IMG/VR virus record: IMGVR_UViG_3300009415_000002
Span: 195-64,194 of that record
Length of the DNA stretch: 64,000 nt
Origin: a virus
Reading direction: 5' to 3' (one strand)
This document shows, one piece after another, positions 18,356 to 26,516 of the stretch; the stretch's first letter is position 1, and the number at the start of each line of letters is the position of its first letter. The position numbers were made by a program, and so were the translations under genes. The notes under the pieces were generated by a model. The model was not told where the DNA came from, did no database searches, and saw only the letters and a list, made by a program, of their open reading frames with translations.

Positions 18356-18562
18356 TTAATCATCTAACTTTTCCAAAATAGCTTTAAGAGCATTAAGTTG
18401 TCCTGAATATGACTTGACCATATCTTGATATAAAACTTTACGTTGGATTTTGTCGGCCTCCGAACCGTCCATAAAGTCAGTTTCCAAAAGCTTTTTAGTC
18501 TTATCAAGTTTAAGCAATTCCAAAGCAGCAATTCTAAGTTTGATTTCATTCTTATTTGACAT
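18356..18562 (-). CDS. Hypothetical coiled-coil protein, cassette 2
   Basis: 68-aa ORF. Confidence 0.65.
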   Translation of the reverse strand: MSNKNEIKLRIAALELLKLDKTKKLLETDFMDGSEADKIQRKVLYQDMVKSYSGQLNALKAILEKLDD

Positions 18563-18624
18563 AATGAGTTATACCTTATTATATATTACAAAATAAGGGC
18601 CCGAAGGCCTTATCTTGCTGAATG

Positions 18625-19062
18625 TTATACCCACTCATTACGTTCAGACCACACAGGACAATCAGAAGGCTTAACGCCAAGACCTGATGTGTCAATATGT
18701 CTGCTTTTTCTGCTGAACTTATAGATCTTACAGTTAGATGCTATAAAGCATCCACTGTCATAATCCATATCAGCAATGTCGATAACCTCGTCATAGACAT
18801 GAAGATGTTCAACCTTCACTCCATTAACAAAAGCAGGCGAGATTAGGTTGAGATTTCTCTCTTCACCATCACCACGACGTTGTAGTACACCTGTTAGTGT
18901 GACAGGCTTGTCCAACGCATTCTCAAGGACTCTGCGCTTGTGCGCATTAAGTTTAACTTCGTGTTGTCTGTAGATGGATTGAAACTGAGAAGAACGAGAA
19001 CCGTAACATAAGAATGCTGTAATTGCTTGATCGATGATTGTGTTGATTGTAGTCATGGTCAT
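18625..19062 (-). CDS. Hypothetical protein, cassette 3
   Basis: 145-aa ORF. Confidence 0.7.
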   Translation of the reverse strand: MTMTTINTIIDQAITAFLCYGSRSSQFQSIYRQHEVKLNAHKRRVLENALDKPVTLTGVLQRRGDGEERNLNLISPAFVNGVKVEHLHVYDEVIDIADMDYDSGCFIASNCKIYKFSRKSRHIDTSGLGVKPSDCPVWSERNEWV

Positions 19063-19133
19063 AGTTGTTAAAGGGAACTACCCTAAATAAATTACAAAAT
19101 AAGGGCCCTTATGGACCCCTACGTGTTTAATAT

Positions 19134-19352
19134 TTATTTAAAAGGAAAGAAGCAAATTTCATCACTGCCTTCTGAATCAAAGATATTAGTTTTACATAAT
19201 GGTTTACTAATACCGATTTCTTCACAGGCTGATTCATAATTCGCAAGTGCTGAGTTAAATATAAACCTATCCTGTGAAGCATTACTACGCTTAACAGCAA
19301 AATGCGCTTTGGCAAAAGCTCTACATATTTCATAATAGTCTAGTTTGTCCAT
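19134..19352 (-). CDS. Hypothetical protein, cassette 4
   Basis: 72-aa ORF; its upstream 32 nt are identical to those of cassette 2. Confidence 0.65.
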   Translation of the reverse strand: MDKLDYYEICRAFAKAHFAVKRSNASQDRFIFNSALANYESACEEIGISKPLCKTNIFDSEGSDEICFFPFK

Positions 19353-19419
19353 AAGGTATACCTTATTATATATTACAAAATAAGGGCCCCGTGGCCCTTA
19401 CAAAGATTAATATAAAGAT

Positions 19420-19722
19420 CTATCTAGATCCTGCACCAACACTACTAATAGGAGCATTACACTTAAAAGTGCGCCCTCCTCTACGTCGCCCTAAAGCACC
19501 ATAGTTAACAGTGATAATGTCTCCATCACGTTGCATGTCAATATCCTTCATTTTCACAAAGGAACCACCACACTCATACTTAACTTTAAGATCAGGACCA
19601 TTCCACTCAGGAACAATCTCAACACCTACAAGGTTAGGATGAGCAAAGGAAGCAAACCAACAAGTGGATGCAACAGCAATAGCAGATACGGACACGGAAG
19701 CAATTGATTTAAAGTTACGCAT
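19420..19722 (-). CDS. Putative exported protein, cassette 5
   Basis: N-terminal basic + hydrophobic signal-like sequence ending ASFA. Confidence 0.6.
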   Translation of the reverse strand: MRNFKSIASVSVSAIAVASTCWFASFAHPNLVGVEIVPEWNGPDLKVKYECGGSFVKMKDIDMQRDGDIITVNYGALGRRRGGRTFKCNAPISSVGAGSR

Positions 19723-19802
19723 AGTTTTACCTAATGTGTTTACAAAATAAGGGCCCGAAGGCCCTTGTTAGGTTTAAGATGATAGGGATTAGGGATTAGG
19801 GA

Positions 19803-20072
19803 TTACTTATTAACAATATGATTTGTTACATAGCACATTATTACTGAGGACCATAACTGAGATGCAACTGCATCATCTCCTTCCCAAACCATTTCTACTC
19901 CTTTACTTTTGTTAACTAACTTGATCTGACCTTTATAAGTTTCCACATTATTAGTGAACTTAGCAAAGGAATAACCTTCATATGTGAAGCTCATTAATAT
20001 ATCATTTTCATACTGAAGAGTCCATACTTGAGGTTGAGTTTTGATTGAACGAAGAACTTGTGAAACTTTCAT
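19803..20072 (-). CDS. Hypothetical protein, cassette 6
   Basis: 89-aa ORF. Confidence 0.65.
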   Translation of the reverse strand: MKVSQVLRSIKTQPQVWTLQYENDILMSFTYEGYSFAKFTNNVETYKGQIKLVNKSKGVEMVWEGDDAVASQLWSSVIMCYVTNHIVNK

Positions 20073-20141
20073 GTGATTTACCTTTGTGTGTTTATATTAC
20101 AAAATAAGGGCCCTGTTAAGACCCCTTACATAAGTTATTAA

Positions 20142-20402
20142 TTAAAGTTTTGATAAGTCTATAATACTAAATGGCAGATATATGACCATACCTGTGCTTG
20201 CTTTTCTAAACTCTTTAGCCTCACTAATTGGGAAGTTGTGGGAATAAATCCATATACCCATTTCGTCTCTTTCTGCAAGGAAGATATATTGTTCATACAA
20301 TCCCTGCGTCGCCGAGAGGCGAGAGACCCAATTTTGCTTTTTAATAAGAATATTTTCTGCTTCAAACTTAAAGTCTTCCAGTCTTTCATTAAATAAATCC
20401 AT
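20142..20402 (-). CDS. Hypothetical protein, cassette 7
   Basis: 86-aa ORF. Confidence 0.65.
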   Translation of the reverse strand: MDLFNERLEDFKFEAENILIKKQNWVSRLSATQGLYEQYIFLAERDEMGIWIYSHNFPISEAKEFRKASTGMVIYLPFSIIDLSKL

Positions 20403-20456
20403 AACTTGTTTTAACTATTATATACTACAAAATAAGGGTCCGAAGACCCTTAATTA

Positions 20457-20990
20457 TTAAGTTAATGTTTGAGCATCTATAGTTAGATAACCTGCAAAGT
20501 CTTTTTTACTAACAGCTTTATCTATCTTCTTTAACATTTTATAGATAGCTTTAGCTAGTTCAGCACTAGATAGTTCATCTAATACTTCTTCATACTCTAC
20601 ATATACTACACAAGTAATATCTACTACTTGTAAGATGGCCTCTTTTAATCTTTTATGCTTATCAACTTTACTAAGCATTTCATTAGGATTAACTGTCCAG
20701 TCTATGCCTATCGCTATGTTAGCCTCATCATTATACAGAATGTCATCTATAGTTAGAAAATGATCTAACCTACTTACTGTGGTTTTATTACTATATCTAC
20801 GAGCACTTCTATACCTATCAAAGTCAATACTTTTTATAGTATCACAAGCACTATTTACTCTATCTTTCATAGAGTTTATATCTCTTTCTTGAAGAAGAGA
20901 TAAGTTAAATGTTTTATATTTCTTTATACTGTTCATAGCTTTCTTAGCATTAATTACTATTCCTTCTAAGTAATCTCCATTGTATCCCAT
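20457..20990 (-). CDS. Hypothetical protein, paralog of 21051..21581, possible PD-(D/E)xK-like fold, cassette 8
   Basis: Shared D..L.(I/V)DD...IDWT...GYLT motifs. Confidence 0.6.
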   Translation of the reverse strand: MGYNGDYLEGIVINAKKAMNSIKKYKTFNLSLLQERDINSMKDRVNSACDTIKSIDFDRYRSARRYSNKTTVSRLDHFLTIDDILYNDEANIAIGIDWTVNPNEMLSKVDKHKRLKEAILQVVDITCVVYVEYEEVLDELSSAELAKAIYKMLKKIDKAVSKKDFAGYLTIDAQTLT

Positions 20991-21050
20991 TGTAGTTTCC
21001 CCTATTTTGTAATTAAATACAAAATAAGGGCCCGAAAGCCCTTATATAAT

Positions 21051-21581
21051 TTAAACTAGTTTTTCCATATTAAGAGTAAGATAGCCTGCATATTTTTGCT
21101 TACTAACCATATCTTCTACTTTTAAAAGAATTTCAAATAAAGCAGCCATAGCAAAGCGAGCTTTATCTATTTTCCTTTCTAATAAAACATGATTAGTAAT
21201 ACATACTGACAAACATACATCTACCTGTAGTTTGTCCATCACAGACTTACGTGATGTAAATCTATCTCTTTTTTGTTCTAACTTCATAGGATCATCAGTC
21301 CAGTCTATGGCAGCAAATAAAAGATTTCCATCTTCTAATTCACATTCCATAATATCGTCAACACCTAGTATGTAGTCCATACGTGTTTTAATACTATTAC
21401 CATCTTTCTTAGCATATTTATTAGCAGTACAATAATGAACACTATCATACTGTTTCATTTCTTCAATAGCTAATTTAATCTCATCTTCAAATATAGAAGC
21501 ATCTACTAATAAGCAGTTGTTTTCTAATAAAGAGCAAGTTGTTTGCATTAGGTTTTCTGTATCGTACAATGACATAATCAA
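21051..21581 (-). CDS. Hypothetical protein, paralog of 20457..20990, possible PD-(D/E)xK-like fold, cassette 9
   Basis: MDYILGVDD...AAIDWT...YAGYLT. Confidence 0.6.
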   Translation of the reverse strand: MIMSLYDTENLMQTTCSLLENNCLLVDASIFEDEIKLAIEEMKQYDSVHYCTANKYAKKDGNSIKTRMDYILGVDDIMECELEDGNLLFAAIDWTDDPMKLEQKRDRFTSRKSVMDKLQVDVCLSVCITNHVLLERKIDKARFAMAALFEILLKVEDMVSKQKYAGYLTLNMEKLV

Positions 21582-21633
21582 TTACCAGTATATTACAAAA
21601 TAAGGGCCCGAAGACCCCTACTTTGTAATGATT

Positions 21634-21680
21634 AATTGGCTAGAGGAGTTGCACCCCCATTAAACCGTCATGTGCCAATT
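21634..21680 (-). ncRNA. tRNA-like minihelix (7-bp stem stacked on a T-arm)
   Basis: AATTGGC ... GGGGG-TGCAACT-CCTCT-A-GCCAATT. Confidence 0.45.
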
Positions 21681-21682
21681 TA

Positions 21683-22201
21683 TTAAATTGAAAGGTAAGT
21701 AGCATATAATTCTACTTCCCATCTAGCTTCTTTAACTACAGACTCAGAATAATAAGAGTTGATGTATTTAACAAAATAATCATCAACTGCATTATCAAAC
21801 AATTCTTTAGAGAAATCACTAGTGAACTCATACTTATCTCCTACTTGAACACGGTCAAAAGAAGATAGATAAGAACGGACTTCATTTATTACTTCAAAGC
21901 ATAAAACACCATATCCTGTTAAAGAACGGTGTATAGCTTCTACTTCTTCTGCAGATACTTTAGAAGAACCTTCTTGTGTATCAACTTCAGATAAATAAAC
22001 TAATCCAGTTAAGATTACTTCTTCATTTACAGGATTAAAATCTAATCTTGTATCAGAAGTAAGTTTAACTTTATATGTTTTTGTATAAGTCTCATCCTCT
22101 ACAATAGTGTAGTGGCGAGAAGCAGATACAGTGCAATACAAGTTGTTAGCTTGTAGTTCACCCTCAGAAAGAACTTCTTTGGAGGAATGATATAAAAACA
22201 T
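21683..22201 (-). CDS. Hypothetical protein, cassette 10 (likely start MFLYH at 22201)
   Basis: The track start (22225) lies within the repeat element. Confidence 0.65.
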   Translation of the reverse strand: MFLYHSSKEVLSEGELQANNLYCTVSASRHYTIVEDETYTKTYKVKLTSDTRLDFNPVNEEVILTGLVYLSEVDTQEGSSKVSAEEVEAIHRSLTGYGVLCFEVINEVRSYLSSFDRVQVGDKYEFTSDFSKELFDNAVDDYFVKYINSYYSESVVKEARWEVELYATYLSI

Positions 22202-22252
22202 AATTTTACCTAGTTTGATGTACAAAATAAGGGCCCGATGGCCCCTACATTG

Positions 22253-22399
22253 TTATTCATCGTCATCATCAAGCAATGCTAGCTGATCTAGCATTACCTT
22301 CTGAGACTGAAACTGTTTATCCCATTGCTCCTGTGTGCTACCCTCTGGAAGAGAGCATTGTTCACCGGTTAGTGGGTTAGTTTTAGTTTCGTATTTCAT
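22253..22399 (-). CDS. 48-aa acidic peptide, cassette 11
   Basis: Hand translation MKYETKTNPLTGEQCSLPEG...LLDDDDE. Confidence 0.6.
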   Translation of the reverse strand: MKYETKTNPLTGEQCSLPEGSTQEQWDKQFQSQKVMLDQLALLDDDDE

Positions 22400-22459
22400 G
22401 ATTACACCTATATTATTGATCATAATAAGGGTCCGAAGACCCCTATTATGTTTAAATGT

Positions 22460-22786
22460 CTATTCTCCTTTAAGATTAAAGAAGTAAGACATAACCTCAA
22501 CGTGTAGCTCAGTTAAGTTCACGACACCAGGAGTAAAGTCTTTAACTTCACTCTGGATACGCTCTAAAGAATAACCGTTCTTGATAAGATTTTGTACTAT
22601 GAGTACATCATCTTCAATCCCGTCGTTATCCCACTCGTCATCTGTTAGGTCAAGACCTAAGATGTCGTGTAGAGCATCGTGACAGATCATCTTTCCTATG
22701 AGCCATGATGGTCCTTCCTCACGGAGAGTTAGGTCATTACGGTCACAGAAAGCTGCTGCACGTTGGTTTAATTTAGCGAAAATCAT
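22460..22786 (-). CDS. Acidic hypothetical protein, cassette 12
   Basis: 108 aa, Asp/Glu-rich. Confidence 0.7.
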   Translation of the reverse strand: MIFAKLNQRAAAFCDRNDLTLREEGPSWLIGKMICHDALHDILGLDLTDDEWDNDGIEDDVLIVQNLIKNGYSLERIQSEVKDFTPGVVNLTELHVEVMSYFFNLKGE

Positions 22787-22839
22787 ATCATTAAAAGGTA
22801 TAGGACAAAATAAGGGCCCGAAGGCCCAAACAATGTTAT

Positions 22840-23076
22840 TTATACAGTTTCAAAATTAACTAATAACTCACTTAAGTTACAGCTGTGTTGGATGCCTAGA
22901 TCATAAAGACCTGTTAAAGCTTCTCTTACAGTTGCATACTTTTTGTCAAGTTGGATCTTAGCAGATCTTTCTTCATAAGCACCAAGACCAGAAGTCTTAA
23001 TAGTGTTTAGTTCAATAGCATAACGGTTGTTTAGAAGTCTGTTGTCGATGTTGATAGAAGCAGTTAAGTTAGTCAT
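22840..23076 (-). CDS. Hypothetical protein, cassette 13
   Basis: 78-aa ORF. Confidence 0.65.
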   Translation of the reverse strand: MTNLTASINIDNRLLNNRYAIELNTIKTSGLGAYEERSAKIQLDKKYATVREALTGLYDLGIQHSCNLSELLVNFETV

Positions 23077-23142
23077 AATATACCTTTGTGTTTGTTAGTG
23101 TTTAATGAACAAAATAAGGGCCCGAAGACCCTTACATATTTA

Positions 23143-23745
23143 TTAACAAGTGAATGTTCCTTTATTCTTTTGAGCTTTTTTATGTGCTGATATGTTATTA
23201 GTGATAACAACAGTGGCAATACTACCTATAGCAGCATGACCAAATCTCTCTTCCCAATCATTTAAGAAGATGAATCCACCAAAGATTACATATAGAAGAG
23301 GCAATAAAGCTATAAGACCTAATAAGATATAACCTTTATTATCATTATCTTTTCCTTTATTAAGATTATCTATCTTCTCTTGTTTTTGAACTTCTTTTTC
23401 TTCTTTCCATATTTCAAGTTCCCAAAGTTCTAAATGAACACGAGCTGAATCATTATAAAAGTTTAAAGTTCCATCAAGATCAATAGTTAATGGTTCATTT
23501 TTATAGGTTATAAATTCTACTCTAGTTGCTCTTTCTGAATTCCACTTAGGAGTGCAATCTCTTCCTGTGGGAGCAATACCGTCATCATAACTTCCTGCAT
23601 CGTAGATATAACTTCTTTTTAACTTTGAACTAAAGGTTTCAGGATTAGTTATGGGAAATTTAATATTCATTAAATTATTTACAAAATCATAAAGATCTCC
23701 AAGAGAGTTAAAGTTAATAGTGTTTCCGATGTGTGTATAGTTCAT
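23143..23745 (-). CDS. Hypothetical protein with C-terminal membrane anchor
   Basis: GYILLGLIALLPLLYVIFGGFIFL and a second hydrophobic stretch. Confidence 0.65.
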   Translation of the reverse strand: MNYTHIGNTINFNSLGDLYDFVNNLMNIKFPITNPETFSSKLKRSYIYDAGSYDDGIAPTGRDCTPKWNSERATRVEFITYKNEPLTIDLDGTLNFYNDSARVHLELWELEIWKEEKEVQKQEKIDNLNKGKDNDNKGYILLGLIALLPLLYVIFGGFIFLNDWEERFGHAAIGSIATVVITNNISAHKKAQKNKGTFTC

Positions 23746-23830
23746 AATTTTACCTTTTGTGTTTAATGTTTATTAGTGTTTTTTTGTAAAGTACTTATTT
23801 AAGGACCCCACTTTACAGAGGTCCAGTTAA

Positions 23831-24139
23831 TTACCAGTTTTGTGAAACTAAGATAACGCCTTTAGCTTTAGCAATACGGTACTTACTAGAAGCACGCATT
23901 TCTTTATTAAAGTTTTGATCAGCAGTGAAAGTATGCCCTTCACGTTTATTAACTTCAAACAAACTATTACTTCTTCTGTACTTAGCTAGTTCACGGAAGT
24001 AAACAGCTTTGAATAAAGGAGAAGATGTAGCACAGTCTATGAACTGTTGTACTATTGAGAATGTGTTATTAGGTTGTGCTGTAGCAGTGTAGTCCATATC
24101 AGTGTTATCAGAGGAGATGTTTAATGTAGTGTTAGTCAT
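23831..24139 (-). CDS. Hypothetical protein
   Basis: 102-aa ORF with CA-rich leader. Confidence 0.65.
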   Translation of the reverse strand: MTNTTLNISSDNTDMDYTATAQPNNTFSIVQQFIDCATSSPLFKAVYFRELAKYRRSNSLFEVNKREGHTFTADQNFNKEMRASSKYRIAKAKGVILVSQNW

Positions 24140-24231
24140 GATTGTTATATGTAGTAGTGTATGTGTATATAGGTGTGTATGTGTATGTGTATCTACCGTC
24201 GTCTATGGATAGATACACATGTGTGTGGTTA

Positions 24232-24777
24232 TTACTTAACTAGTGCACGACAGTTAGCCATGCTAGTTAGTAGTGCTGCTTGATCAGCCTTGATACCTTC
24301 TTTGATATCAGCACTGTAGTCATCTTCACCGAACGTATCTACCATGACACTAGCATTCCAAGAGGAAGCCATGTCAATGATGTATACAGTACCATTGCTG
24401 ATCATGATGTTGTTGCAGTGCAAGTCACCATGTACAATGCCACTCTTCCACATGACTAGTAGTGCAGCCTTGACAGCAGCTAGTAGTTCAGTAGTTACTC
24501 TACCGTGCTGGTAGTAGTCCCATAGTGTCTCTCCATGTGGAAGGAACTGTAGGCTGAGTGTGTTGTCATCAATCTGTGTAGCATGAGGTACACTAACACC
24601 ACACTCACGTGCAGTAGTTAACATCTCTAGTTCACGCTCAGTCTGACCTACCTTAGCTCTCTTGATAACACGGTTACCTGATAGTACTAGTTTGCTGTTG
24701 CGTGCACGGTCGAAGCGTGCTTGTGTGTGAGTAGATGTGATGCCTTGATCAACGAAAGAATAAAGTGTGTTAGTCAT
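24232..24777 (-). CDS. Atypical protein kinase-like enzyme (Bud32/RIO/APH-like fold)
   Basis: VIKR (beta3 Lys), ERELEML (alphaC Glu), IVHGDLHCNNIM catalytic loop, YIIDM metal-binding motif. Confidence 0.8.
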   Translation of the reverse strand: MTNTLYSFVDQGITSTHTQARFDRARNSKLVLSGNRVIKRAKVGQTERELEMLTTARECGVSVPHATQIDDNTLSLQFLPHGETLWDYYQHGRVTTELLAAVKAALLVMWKSGIVHGDLHCNNIMISNGTVYIIDMASSWNASVMVDTFGEDDYSADIKEGIKADQAALLTSMANCRALVK

Positions 24778-24815
24778 GTCAGTAGTCTCCTATGTATATA
24801 TGTGTGTGTATGTAA

Positions 24816-25124
24816 TTAAGCGTAGTAGTGAGAGCAAGCAATGGATAGTTCTACTAGTGTGTCAGCAGGTAGAAGAGAGATAATAAAAGCACATCTCTCA
24901 GTTAAGTATGCTGAAGTATCTAGTCCAGCTAACATATTAGCTATGTTAGATACTACCTCTTCATCAGCTAGTGTAGTAGAGAGACCACACCATGCATGAA
25001 TAGCATCATGCACCATAGCAATCTCAGTAGTAACAGGATCTAGATCGGGAGAAGAAGCATGCCATTCATTGATAAGAGTAATAGTGTCAGAAGAAAGAAG
25101 TGAAGTGTTGATGTTAGTAGTCAT
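24816..25124 (-). CDS. Hypothetical protein
   Basis: 102 aa; shares a 25-nt leader/start sequence with the kinase gene. Confidence 0.65.
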   Translation of the reverse strand: MTTNINTSLLSSDTITLINEWHASSPDLDPVTTEIAMVHDAIHAWCGLSTTLADEEVVSNIANMLAGLDTSAYLTERCAFIISLLPADTLVELSIACSHYYA

Positions 25125-25209
25125 GTCAGTAGTCTCCTATGTGTGTATATATGTGTGATGATGTGTAGTACTCTTATTTATAGTTGTAGTACTACATACA
25201 ACTGTGTAG

Positions 25210-25416
25210 TTAAGACCAGAAGGAAGCTTCCATGTCCTCATATGATGTCTCTACATCAACAGCTTGATCCCAACTAGTAGTTGAGACACTTGCTGATGTA
25301 TTGTATCTCTTAGCTTGAACACGTGATCTGTTGTATCTCTTTGATGGGATGGATGCAGTGCGAGATCCTTTGTTGACGTTTCTTGCTTCGTTCATTAATT
25401 GGTAATGATTATTCAT
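25210..25416 (-). CDS. Hypothetical protein, first gene of the leftward block
   Basis: 68 aa, basic middle and acidic end. Confidence 0.55.
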   Translation of the reverse strand: MNNHYQLMNEARNVNKGSRTASIPSKRYNRSRVQAKRYNTSASVSTTSWDQAVDVETSYEDMEASFWS

Positions 25417-25525
25417 AGTAATCCTAATTTTATTTTGTAATTTTGCAAATCGCGGGGTGCCAGGGGGGTCCTAACTACCTACATAACAGCCTTATTTACC
25501 TCCGTGATATATTTTTAGGCTCTTT

Positions 25526-25554
25526 TTGGAAATCCTTAAACAGGGTGTTATAAT
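25526..25554 (+). promoter_or_regulatory. Sigma70-type promoter for the HNH/GIY-YIG gene
   Basis: TTGGAA-17 nt-TATAAT with extended -10 TG. Confidence 0.6.
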
Positions 25555-25581
25555 ATAAAAAATGACTACAAATATAAGATA

Positions 25582-26451
25582 ATGCCGAAAAAGCAAATAA
25601 GCAAAGAAAAACAAGACGAGATTGTAAAACTATATAAAGAAGGTTTAGGTAAAAAGAAAATAGCGTCAATATTAAAGACTTCTACAAGAACAATAACGTT
25701 AGTATTACAAGAACAAAAAATAGAGACACATAAAAGTGGAGACAATGGAAAAGGGGGCAGACCTTATACAGGAGGAAGAAAACCAAGACATTGGTTATAT
25801 CAAACTTGGAGCGGGATAAAACAAAGGTGTTATAACATTAACAATAATTCTTATAATAATTACGGAGCAAAAGGAATAGGTATATATAGTGAATGGAAAA
25901 ATGATTTTAATAAATTCAAAAAATACGTAGAAAAAAATTTAGGTGAAAAAGATGCAAATTTATCTTTAGATAGAATAAATCCAAAAGGAGATTATGAACC
26001 TGGTAATATTAGATGGGCGAACAAAATAACACAAGCATATAATAAAACTAATTGTTTTAATAGAAATTTAGAAACTGTAGATACTTCTTTAATAATAAAA
26101 AATTACAATTTAGATATTAAATACTATTCCGTAAAAGAATTACAAATTAATAAAGAAATAGAAGACTTAGAAAATACAGGAGTATATATAATAAAATGTG
26201 AATCAAATAATAATTATTATATAGGTAGTACATCTCGTAGTTTTAGAGAAAGATGGAAAGAGATAAGAAAACAATGTAAAAATAACAAAAATAAAATTTC
26301 TAAATACCTAAGAAAATTTTGGCAAGAATGTGACGGAGAAACTAACTTCAAGTTTGGTATTTTAGAAATTACAGACAATATAAAAGAACGAGAGCAATAC
26401 TGGATATCTAAATTAGAGCCTAGTTTAAATATTGTAAAAATAGTGTATTAA
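25582..26451 (+). CDS. Homing-endonuclease fusion: HTH + HNH-family domain + GIY-YIG domain
   Basis: LYQTWSGIKQRCYN...YGAKGIG...SLDRINPKGDYEPGNIRWA, then TGVYIIKC...YYIGSTSRSFRERW...EREQYWI. Confidence 0.8.
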   Translation: MPKKQISKEKQDEIVKLYKEGLGKKKIASILKTSTRTITLVLQEQKIETHKSGDNGKGGRPYTGGRKPRHWLYQTWSGIKQRCYNINNNSYNNYGAKGIGIYSEWKNDFNKFKKYVEKNLGEKDANLSLDRINPKGDYEPGNIRWANKITQAYNKTNCFNRNLETVDTSLIIKNYNLDIKYYSVKELQINKEIEDLENTGVYIIKCESNNNYYIGSTSRSFRERWKEIRKQCKNNKNKISKYLRKFWQECDGETNFKFGILEITDNIKEREQYWISKLEPSLNIVKIVY

Positions 26452-26462
26452 TATACAAAACA

Positions 26463-26484
26463 AAAAGGCCACCGAAGTGACCTT
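26463..26484. terminator. Hairpin between convergent genes, distant variant of the repeat element
   Basis: aaggccac-cgaa-gtgacctt with upstream A-run (UUCG loop on minus strand). Confidence 0.5.
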
Positions 26485-26516
26485 AAAATATACGTAGAAT
26501 AATTTTTACATTTCTA

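Larger units (their letters stand above)
18312..23134 (-). repeat. Thirteen dispersed copies of a hairpin-TTATTTTGT element, one in each intergenic gap
   Basis: Plus strand (t)acaaaataaggg(c/t)cc-loop-g(g/a)ccc at about 18312, 18587, 19093, 19374, 19741, 20098, 20426, 21018, 21594, 22221, 22421 (variant), 22805, 23109. Confidence 0.9.

Noticed and set aside
19780-19805. Telomere-like AGGGATT heptamer x3
   Set aside because: Only three copies just past a stop codon; most simply slippage with no supporting context
18312-23134. CRISPR array
   Set aside because: Repeats are separated by whole genes of about 130-600 bp, not 30-40 nt spacers; no cas genes seen
18312-23134. Integron cassette array (attC sites)
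   Set aside because: No RYYYAAC/GTTRRRY core sites recognised and no integrase in the window; wobble pairs favour an RNA rather than DNA hairpin
18312-23134. N4-type DNA hairpin promoters on the template strand
   Set aside because: Loops are 4-nt (UUCG on the coding strand) and several stems have C-A mismatches on the template strand; not excluded experimentally
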